A DNA stretch of 64,000 nucleotides from a virus, in the UHGV virus genome UHGV-0076294; one strand, written 5' to 3'. The position numbers were made by a program, and so were the translations under genes. Below the pieces are notes generated by a model. That model did not search any database. It had not been told where the DNA came from and saw nothing but the letters and a program-made list of their open reading frames with translations. This document shows positions 25,543-35,200 of this stretch, one piece after another; positions within the stretch are counted from its first letter, which is position 1, and each line of letters begins with the position of its first letter.

Positions 25543-25565
25543 TTGTTAATCTAATGGAGTTTAAA

Positions 25566-26396
25566 ATGGGCGAACGTTTTGACATCAACGCTATCTACAA
25601 CATCGTAGTTAATCCTGGTCAACACCTGGAAGAAGTTAATGCACAACTGCGTGCTCTGAACGAGAAAGCGATTCAGTTTGATGCTATCTACACCATCGGC
25701 GTAAATCCTGGTACTAACCGTGTTCGTGTAGAAGGTAAACGCCACACCGGTAATCAGGAACTGGACATTGAAACGATCGAAGCCCCGATTAAACTTACCG
25801 ATGCCGAATATAACGGTACAGTAATGCACACCGTATCGGTTCCGGTCTACTCTATCGAGAACTGTGTAGAACGTGTTAAAGGTTGGTCTAAAGAACGTGG
25901 TATTCTCGACAACGGTAAACTGGAAACACAAATCACGAAGTTCTTTGAAGAGTTTGGTGAAATCGCAACAGGTATCAGCAAAAACAAACCTGAACTGATC
26001 ATGGACGGTATCGGCGATGCGTTAGTGGTTCTGGTGAACATTCTGGAACTGGGTAAAGAATACCATGACGAATACTTAACAACGGCCGATATTATTAGTA
26101 GCGGTTTAACTATGCAACTTCGTGATGTTGCAAATGTTGAAGCTTGTGCAAACGATCATAAATTCCCACATCGAAAATACCTGGAAGCAACTAATTCTTT
26201 TTCCACGTCTTTCTTAAATACTAACAAAGACGATAACCTGTTCGATCATGGTTTGTATTGCCTTGCTTGTCTCGCGCTGTATTACAAACTGGACATTCGC
26301 CATTGCTTCTCTTTAGCCTGGCACGAAATCAAAGACCGTAAAGGTTACCTGAACGCCGACGGCATCTTTGTAAAAGATGCAGACTTGGCGAAATAA
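25566..26396 (+). CDS. MazG-like nucleoside triphosphate pyrophosphohydrolase with repeat-containing N-terminal domain
   Basis: ATG 25566 has GGAG 5 nt upstream; the track start 25554 lacks an SD. MazG blocks FFEEFGEIATG and DGIGDALVVLVNILE. N-terminal duplicated FD..AIY.I.VNPG. Confidence 0.65.
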   Translation: MGERFDINAIYNIVVNPGQHLEEVNAQLRALNEKAIQFDAIYTIGVNPGTNRVRVEGKRHTGNQELDIETIEAPIKLTDAEYNGTVMHTVSVPVYSIENCVERVKGWSKERGILDNGKLETQITKFFEEFGEIATGISKNKPELIMDGIGDALVVLVNILELGKEYHDEYLTTADIISSGLTMQLRDVANVEACANDHKFPHRKYLEATNSFSTSFLNTNKDDNLFDHGLYCLACLALYYKLDIRHCFSLAWHEIKDRKGYLNADGIFVKDADLAK

Positions 26397-26404
26397 ATAA
26401 AAGT

Positions 26405-26450
26405 ACCTACCTCCTTTCGGAGGTAGGTTAACTTTCTTATTTTTTCTTTT
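26405..26450. terminator. bidirectional terminator, stem ACCTACCTCC/GGAGGTAGGT
   Basis: 10-bp stem, UUUC loop, T-rich tail, A-rich 5' flank, between convergent genes. Confidence 0.8.
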
Positions 26451-27014
26451 TTAAGCGCCAGGAACAATTCCAGAAGAGATATACGTCAAACCGTCAAGTT
26501 CGGTGACTTTAATCAACTTCGAAATGTCCTTACCGTCAGACGGCAGCTCTGTTAAGTACACCTCCAGCCGACCTGTCCACGCCAAAGATCTCCCATTCAT
26601 GATAATGATGGTTTTATCTTTGCTGTCTGGTGCAGCTGTTGGGTTCTCAACTTCGTCGTCGGTAATCTGTAAATTGTACTTATTGCGGAAAAGTTGTAGT
26701 ACCTCAGATACCGTAGTCGCATTAACACCCGCAACAGAAACTACAAAGTCACCTAAGAGGTGCTCTAAATCCAATCGACGATAAATAACGTCGATTTTAC
26801 CAAATGTTTTCTGCTCGATGATACCCTGGACGCTAAGTTGAGTATTTAATCGTGTAAATTGAGTTTCTGGTGTTTCTACCGCAGGAATATGTGACGGCGT
26901 GCCAAAATCCAACTTATCGATTGTAATACCTTTATCTACCAAACCTGGATTCTTTTTTACTAATAACTCATAAACCAGTTGTTTTCCTGATTTACCTAAT
27001 AGCGTATTAGCCAT
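26451..27014 (-). CDS. hypothetical protein (last gene of the minus-strand virion operon)
   Basis: 187-aa ORF, SD GAGGGAAGG; followed by a bidirectional terminator. Confidence 0.75.
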   Translation of the reverse strand: MANTLLGKSGKQLVYELLVKKNPGLVDKGITIDKLDFGTPSHIPAVETPETQFTRLNTQLSVQGIIEQKTFGKIDVIYRRLDLEHLLGDFVVSVAGVNATTVSEVLQLFRNKYNLQITDDEVENPTAAPDSKDKTIIIMNGRSLAWTGRLEVYLTELPSDGKDISKLIKVTELDGLTYISSGIVPGA

Positions 27015-27039
27015 TGCCTTCCCTCAGACTTTAATAACG

Positions 27040-29241
27040 TTATCGCGCTTGCGGTAGGAAGATGTTCGCGATTTGTCGTGCCGGGATAACATCCAACGCA
27101 GCGTTGATGAAACTCCCCTGCGACCACGCAGATGCCCAGTTCTGCGCCCAGATAGAAGCGTTAATCTTAGCGCGGGCGATACCGTTAGTACGTTCGTACA
27201 ACGTAGCACCACCTAAACACGCCATAAACTCACTGAACTTGTTATCGTCATCCCAGACCTTAGTGTCGGTCACAATCGGCATGTACATGACGCGAGTCAA
27301 ATCACGAATAGTAACAGAAATATCGCAGGACAGTGGAACACTATCACCAGGACGCCAACCTAGACCACCTACACCGAACTGTAAGGACATCGACGTTACC
27401 ATTGCATTACGGAACGAGAAACGTCCTTGAGAGTAACACTCTAAGTAAAACGGATGGGTAAAGGTTTGTTTACCGGTTGCGATCGGACACACTGCTGCAA
27501 TCCAAAACGAGAGCGGGACTAACAAATCCTGGAAAATGTCCAGGTCGTTACCCGACCAACAACGTAAAGGAATGGTTAAAGTAATGTCATCTCCTGATGC
27601 GTCAGAACTATCCCAGACTTCTGGGAAGTCTATCACTGAGGAGTTGTACAACGACATTATCCCCGTCAAATGTAGGGTGTCTGCAACGCCTCGCATCGCT
27701 GACTTAATACCGGAAACTAAAGCATCGACCGCACTAAAACCGGTTTGACCGCCAGACAGGTTAACTTCCAGCGAACGTGCTTTTGCTGTTGCGGAGTTTA
27801 CCATCCCGGAAATTTCAGGTTCTTTCGTGGAGTTAGAGAACGAACGCGAAACGGTGTCTTTACCGTCAATACGCCAAGTAACCCACTGTGAACCGTTCTT
27901 AATCTCCGACAAGACGTTATCGCCAACGTCTGCAACCATATCGGTAAACTCTTTAAAGAACGTTCCTACTTTGGATTCATCTTTACCTTTGTTCATCCAA
28001 TCTTGAACTTCAGCAATATCTCCTTCGGTAAGATCTTCTGGATTCTTTTCATCCAACGTAGAGTTCAGCTGCTTAGCTGCCGCTGCACGTTTCTCCATAG
28101 CCTGACGGGTTTTCTCCTGCTCTGACTGAATCTCTGCTGCTCGCTGCTGTAATTCAGTAGCAGTCCCCCCGACCACCAAGCTATTACTCATCTGGCCAAT
28201 CAATTGGTCTTCCTGAGTATCAATGTCCTGTATAGAGGAGGCATACCCACCCTTTTCACTTCTGGCAACTTTCTCCAAGTCGTATAACGAAACTTCAAAT
28301 CCTTCTGCTTTCTGTCGTACACGATCGCTATAAGTAGCATTATAGTAAAACGCGCGCAAACGACTGGCAAACAACTCTTCATCGTCGCCGGATTCTACAC
28401 GAATCATATCGATGGTTTTAGCCTGATAGTTCGCCAAGGTCTGGTAACGGTTAATCATTCGGTAAATGTCAAACTCACCATTCGCTTTCCAGACTTCTGG
28501 TAAGGATTTATACCACTCTTCACGATCTTTATGGTAGCTATTTTCTTTGCTTTCGGTATCGTAACCCAACGCAAAAGTCCCTAACACACCCGTTGGCACT
28601 AAACGACGATAAATTAGCTGGGTGTTCAGGATGTTTTGCACAGCGCGTAAATACAGATGCATTGCGGGCTTAACGTAATAGTATCTTGACGTTTCTTTAT
28701 TCAGTGCTGCCGAAAGAATCCTCGGTGTAATCAGAATCACCGCGAATGCTACAGTACCAACCGTCGCCCAAATAGCGGCCGCACCGATATACGAAGCTGC
28801 TGTTCGAATAATTCCTGGATAGTCACCTGTACGTGCGAGGTATGCCAGGTTAGAATCGTACATGTTCGCAAAGAACGAAGCCATACCCAGATACTTCGGC
28901 TTACCGAAACGACAATGAACGTAAAATGAGTTTTGGCTAATGCTTTCGTAGTAATACGTCCCTAAACGATAAGACCCTGCGGCTGAGGAGTTATAAAAGG
29001 ATTCACTACCGCTCTTAGTCGCATCGGGTTGTGCAAACGCGCCTGTTGAGGAAGGGTCTGCAAAAAGTGTAAACTGGGGCGGACTATTAATCGCTTTACT
29101 GCCACCGACTGTGGTGTCTTCAAACGACAACATACCACCGGAATAGCGGCGCAAGGCCAGGAAACGTTCATCTCGACCATCGACTGCGCCATTAAATAGG
29201 TTTTTGACCCAGCTTGAGTCGTTAACTGTTCTAGCGTCCAC
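27040..29241 (-). CDS. virion-associated protein, putative (one internal hydrophobic segment)
   Basis: 733 aa, GTG start with SD AAGAGG. Immediately downstream of the giant lysin gene. Hydrophobic stretch AAIWATVGTVAFAVILITP. The function is inferred from position only. Confidence 0.6.
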   Translation of the reverse strand: MDARTVNDSSWVKNLFNGAVDGRDERFLALRRYSGGMLSFEDTTVGGSKAINSPPQFTLFADPSSTGAFAQPDATKSGSESFYNSSAAGSYRLGTYYYESISQNSFYVHCRFGKPKYLGMASFFANMYDSNLAYLARTGDYPGIIRTAASYIGAAAIWATVGTVAFAVILITPRILSAALNKETSRYYYVKPAMHLYLRAVQNILNTQLIYRRLVPTGVLGTFALGYDTESKENSYHKDREEWYKSLPEVWKANGEFDIYRMINRYQTLANYQAKTIDMIRVESGDDEELFASRLRAFYYNATYSDRVRQKAEGFEVSLYDLEKVARSEKGGYASSIQDIDTQEDQLIGQMSNSLVVGGTATELQQRAAEIQSEQEKTRQAMEKRAAAAKQLNSTLDEKNPEDLTEGDIAEVQDWMNKGKDESKVGTFFKEFTDMVADVGDNVLSEIKNGSQWVTWRIDGKDTVSRSFSNSTKEPEISGMVNSATAKARSLEVNLSGGQTGFSAVDALVSGIKSAMRGVADTLHLTGIMSLYNSSVIDFPEVWDSSDASGDDITLTIPLRCWSGNDLDIFQDLLVPLSFWIAAVCPIATGKQTFTHPFYLECYSQGRFSFRNAMVTSMSLQFGVGGLGWRPGDSVPLSCDISVTIRDLTRVMYMPIVTDTKVWDDDNKFSEFMACLGGATLYERTNGIARAKINASIWAQNWASAWSQGSFINAALDVIPARQIANIFLPQAR

Positions 29242-29259
29242 TTTCTACCTCTTTAAGAT

Positions 29260-29279
29260 GGGGGTGGTTTCCCACCCCC
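29260..29279 (-). other. G-rich hairpin without U-tract between the giant gene and the 733-aa gene (GGGGGTGG gaaa CCACCCCC on the mRNA strand)
   Basis: 8-bp GC stem with a GAAA loop, 8 nt after the stop; the SD of the next gene follows. Confidence 0.5.
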
Positions 29280-29286
29280 GTGTTTA

Positions 29287-32200
29287 TTAACCCGCACGTC
29301 TAACGTTAAGCTGTCGTGCTGGCTGTTCAACGGACATTTGTCGTGATGCTGAGCCTGCTGGTGCCATAGGTTGGGTCGATACGGTGTTTTGTACCGGCTG
29401 CGGACGTTGTTTAAGAATCGTGACAATCTCTCTGAGATACCCCGCCGATTCTTTCGCAACAGCCAACTGCTGGACACTAATCGGATCACCGCTACTGAGT
29501 GTAGGCCCGTTTTGTGCATCAGAAGTAACCGCAGGTGCCGGTTTACTCGTTGCTGCTACGCGCTGCACAGCGCCTTCTTTCACCTTCTCGACATCTTCTT
29601 CAGGCAACCCTTCGTTTCTAGCTCCAGCCGCAACGGTCTCCGCAATCGTAGAGGCGTCGCCGCCAGCACTACTACCGCCAGGTGACGGTACTGCCGGACC
29701 ACCACTGGTTGCAGCTTTGACATTGTCTGCACCCATCGCACCTTTCTCTGCTAACGCATCGTCACGACGCGCAGCATTCGATGCGGGCAAGTTATCCGTC
29801 GCTCCAGAAATTGATGGATCGTTAGCTGCTCCTGCTGCTACCGCTGGAGAGGAGGCAACCGCAGGCGTTAGCCCTTTCACCATGTCTTTCGTTGAAGCTG
29901 GGTTAGCCGCAATTTCGTTTGTCGCCACAGCACCCATACGGCGGTTCAGTTCATTAATAACTTCGCCAACAGTACGAATACGAACAATCTGTTCGCCTCG
30001 CATTTCGTAGAAGACTCCCTTATTACCTCTAAGGATTTGAGGAGTAATACCTTCTGCTTTGTCGGCTGGCATGTTCGGATTCTGCCGCCATGCATTAAGG
30101 AACTTCTTACCACCGCCTGGACCCAAGAAGTGATACAGATACGCAACAGCCGGGGGCGGTTCTACACCACCCAGGTCTTTCTGCGCCTGCATGATATTAT
30201 CACGAATAAACTGTACCCCGAGGATGGTATTTGCCCACGGGTCATACTGGTTTACTTGCGGAATACCGTACCGACGAGAATACCCCTTCATCATTCCAGA
30301 CCACGTACTGTCGATGAACTGGAACAACCCTGCTGCTGACGCACCTGGGTTCTTGACGCCGTATCTGAAACCAGATTCAGCTTTCGCCATCGCAATCGCA
30401 ATCGCAGGCGGAACACCTAAGGTATTTGCGACATCTGCAATCATTGCTTTAACGCCTTCTACGTTAGGTGTCTTACCACTACCCAGTTTACTGATTGGAT
30501 ATTTCTCAGCCAAGGTTTTGTAATCACCTTCTTTGACGTCCCCGAGTTTAATCCCGGATTGGCCCGTAGAGAACTTCGCGTAATTGCTGATCCCCATCTC
30601 ACCCACAACTTGAGATAAGTCACCCGGTGTACCGTAAGACGACCCACCGTTTGGCAAGTACCCATCGTTAGACGCTGTACCCCAATCAACGACACCTTTA
30701 AAGCGTTCTTTGCCATCTTCGTCGGTTTGGTACATTCTCGTCGCACGATCGGCTTTCTGCCACTTCGCACGTTTACCTGCTGCGGGAGTAGAGCGCAGGG
30801 TGTTACGAACAGCCAGGTCAGGTTCTTTTGACAGTTCTTTCAGGTTGGCAAGTTCAGTAGCAACAGAACCTGCATCAGTGTTTGCTTCCTCGCCTAGCGG
30901 GTTGAATGGAATCTCCCACACGGACTGTCGAATACCGCCCTTCATGTTGTAAGCGCCACGAATCATCAACGCCAATTCGTACATGAACCCACCGGATACT
31001 TTCAATTCGGTAGGGTCTGCTTGCGGAATGTAACGTTTCAGACCAACGACGTAGGTCATATACGCCGGTAAGAAACGGTTGTAGAACCAGTTCTTACAAC
31101 GCTCCTCTTTAGGACCACCTATCAAGTCAGGCGAGATAACCGCAATGGCTTCTTTCCAGTTGCCTTTATAGGTACAGTTCTTCACATCAATGTCTTTCAA
31201 CACGTTCTTCTCTAACAACGTGAAAAGATTACGCGTTGTTTGGTTGATAGTAACCGCACCGTAGGTTTTCCACCTGACCGATTCCAGGTCTTCCAAATCG
31301 CTTTTCTTCGGTAATGAATGCCAGTCAACTTGGATTTGAACCTGCTCAGTCCCGTCTTCCCATCCTTCAACCTTCGCAACTTTCTCGTTACGTTCAGCAT
31401 CCGCATTCGCCAATACCTGACTGGTTTCAGCAACGGACGCAATTTTGTGGCCTTCGACAGCGTCACGCATACCTGAACGTTGTTTCCGTTTGTCGTCAGT
31501 ACGCATGTTGATTGACCGCCACACACGTTCCTGTGCTTCGACAACCTCTTCCCCTGACAAGAACTCTGCCGGAGTAAAGGTAACGAAATCCCACGCTTTA
31601 GAGAACCAACCCTGGTTAACTTTACGCGGGTCAGTCAACGAACGGAATTCCGCAGAATCTTTACCCATCTTCATTTTGTTGTAGAGGGTAATCATATCCG
31701 CTTTCGACACTTTCTTCGGATCACCAACATCTGCCAAAGCGATATCGTTATCCATAGACTTCAGTGCTGAAATCCAACGGAGGTAAATCGGTGCGAAACG
31801 TTGTAGCATAAACGCAGTAAATGCTAACATCTCACCACGTTCTTCCAAGTTTACACCAAACCCTTCTGCGAGTTTCTTCACGTCTTCGGAAGACAAGCCA
31901 CGTAATTGTGCTTCACCCCCTTCGGTATACGAGACGTAAGGTTTCAAAGCGTCTTCTAAATAACGGGCTTTCATACCGTCTTCAGAAGACCACTGGTCGT
32001 AGTCACGGAAACCGTATTGTGCCAGACGCATATAGTCGAGGTACTGCGCTTTCACACGGGTAGCGCATTTATACGCCCAATAACCCAGACCAGCGGCAGT
32101 CGCACCGATCACAATTGCAGGCCAACCCACCGCAGCTACCACCGTAGATGCAGCTGAGGCTACCGCAGTCACCGCCGGAACCGCTAAACGCTGTACGGCA

Positions 32201-35200
32201 AACTTACCAACATTCCACGCTGCTTTACCGATGAACCCGGTAGGTTTAAAAATACCCCACTTCGCAACTTTACCCAGTATGGAACCCACCGTACCTAAGA
32301 TACTCACGATTGGTCCTACTAACGGTAGCCCTTTGAGGAAGTCCATCACCCCGCCTTTACGTCCTTTCTGTTCGGCGGATTTCTTGGCTTTCTCTTCTTC
32401 CTTAGAACGTCTACGACGACGGAAGAATTGGAAGTAGTCGCGTTTTTCATCATTGGCTGCCGGTTTGTTACGTTGTCCGAACTTACTGAACATCGTACGA
32501 ATCAAGCCATCAGGCGCACCAGCACGTTCCGCAGAGTCACGCATGGTGTTAAACCAGGACATTTCCTGGAGGTTAACCATCCGGTTCAAACGTTCCAGTA
32601 ATGCTGAACCAACACTCTTCGCTTTCTGCTTACCTTTGTTGATAACGCGCCCTGCGCTATCCGTTGCGGTTTCGAAATCCTCCTTCGCTGCGTTAATCAC
32701 GCGTGTTGGAGAAACCTTACCACGGGCGTATAAGTGTTGGCGGTAAAACTCAGCAACGTCATCGTCACGACCTGCTAAACGAGACTCCGCCCGATAACGT
32801 GTACCGATATCGTAGCGTGGATCACGGAAGCTATCCACCGTTTCGCCAAAGCGTCCACGGAAACGGTCAAACCACCCTTTACCCGCAGCACCCCAACGAG
32901 ACAGTCTATCGCCAACACCCTGACGGAAACGTGAGAATCGGTCACGTTGTCTGCCTCGCCAATCCCGGAAACTCTGGAAATAGTCTTTAAACCCATCGCG
33001 GAAATCCTTAACGCGGTTAAGCATCCCTTTGATAGATTTCGACCCAACGTTTTTCTCCAGTTGCTCCGTCCAGGATTCATCTTCAGGCTCACCATCTAAA
33101 CGACGGTTAAGGAGTTTATAGATACGAATCAGGATATGGTTGGTCTTACGGCCATTCGACCAGGAGAACATGCTGAAACCGCCACCAGAACCCCCGTCCT
33201 TACGATTCTGCCACCACCGGGTAAGCGGGTTGTCGGTCGCTAACTCTTTGAATTTCTCAAAGCCACGTTTTGCATTGTTCCACAAACGAGCAGGCATTCC
33301 GGTTACACGGGAAATCATGCTTTGTAAACGTGTTTTCTCACTGCCTTCAGGAATCTCGTTAAGCCACTCACGTGCTTTCTCAAAGATAGACGCTGCTCTT
33401 GGTGAAATTAGACCAATAAGTTTCTTCGGTAAGTTAACAGCTTTGTTTACCGCTGTACCTGCTTTACCGGAGATATACTGGAACAGGGCCTGGAGTTTAC
33501 CGCCTTTATAGAAGCGCAGTTTACCCGCAGCCGCTAAGTCCGCCGCTGCGAGAATCAAGTTCCCGGCTTCGTCAACAATATCACGACCCAGCTTAATGTC
33601 GTCTAACGAGCGGAGTTGTACCAGTTTGTTGGTTTTAGGGTCAGCCTGATAATACTCACCTGCCTCTAAACGGTTTCCTTGTAAAACAACATTGCCTTTC
33701 TCGTCGTAGATGTCTCGAACACCAAGAACGCCTTTCCCGAACGCTACTGCTGAATTCCAGCCTGTGGACAGCGTACCAGTAACTAAACCTTTCAGTCGTT
33801 CAAAAACACCTGGACCGTCAGAAGACCCACCGGAGAACTTCCCACGGATAAAACTGCCCAGTGACTGTAAACGCCCTTTTCCTCTCAGGAACATGTTCTT
33901 CGCAAAACGACCAGCGCCCGTACCGGTGTCCCAAAGTACGCCCGCCCAACGACGGAACAGCCCGCTTTCACCAAGCACAATGCGCTTACGTTTGCGTTTG
34001 TTGCCGGTACTACCCGCGTCTTCGGATGCGACACCCTCACCGTCACGACCACCACCTAAGCTTGCCAACAGAATACCTTCTTCATCCATGTTCTTGACAT
34101 GTTTCAGAATTTCCTGCACGGTGTTGGATTCGGATTTGTTACGGATAGCATCAACGATTCTATCAAACTGTTGCTCTAAACCCGCATTAGTGTCAGGCCG
34201 TTCGCTTAACAGTTCAACAAAGTTGGTGGATTTTTCACCGTAGAGGACAGCAGCGAGTTGTCGTGCTGACAGCCCACGGCCACCACGTCCACCTTTACCT
34301 CTAACGGTGTCGATAGTCGACTCATCACCGGTTACGGAAGCGTCTACACCTAAACGACGCAAATAGTCACCTAACGCAGAACCGTTTTTCAGTTTGCGCT
34401 GGATTTCTTGTTCACGCGTTAACGAACGACCAGAGCGAGTTTTCCCCATGGCCAGGTCGTTGTATAGCGTATACGGATCGTTAATGTCTTTATCTACATC
34501 AAACCGATCGTTCTTCGCATCGTACTTAAAGATACCTGCGTCACGTAACGCATTCTCACCGTAGATAATTGAAGCTTCGTCTACCGTGTTTTGACGTGCA
34601 CGAATTGTTGACTGAATAGCTGAAATCTTACCAGCAATCTCATTGCTAAGTTCATGATGCCCACCAACCAGTTCCGCAGAACGGGCTTCTAAGACCGCCT
34701 GAATCGCTTCTACCGCGTTTGCATTCATGTAACGATACATGTGCATCGGGTCTTTCAGCAGACTGCCTACGTCGAATGCCTTACCTTCAGACGCACGGGA
34801 TTCGATATAGTCCGCCAGCGCCTGGCGAGTTTTCGAATCCAGAGTTTTGTCTTTGTCGATAAAGTCAACGGTTTCGTTAATGTACTGCTGTAAACGTTTA
34901 CGCTGTTCGTCATTAGCAACTGCCTTACGTACGCGATTGCCAATAACTTTACGATCCACCATACCTCGCGTGGTCAGGTCATAAACCTGATCGTGGTGTT
35001 CGCCATATCCACGACGAATAGATTTGTTAATCTCCGTCAGCAAGGTCGGGATGACTTCCGTGATGCTAAGATATGCTTTACGGTCGAACTTCGCTGCTGC
35101 TGATAACGCCTCTGCTGAACGTTCTTCTAAAGCTAATCCCTCACGACGCAGCGGTGTCACTAACCCCATCTCGTGCATTAAACGGAAGACAGTGGCCAAT

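Noticed and set aside
29384-34243. Plus-strand ORFs of 95-208 aa inside the giant gene (e.g. 29384-30010, 33140-33511, 33710-34243)
   Set aside because: All are antisense to one continuous 7.1-kb minus-strand ORF with recognisable domains. They have low-complexity Ala/Pro/Ser/Arg composition and no start signals.
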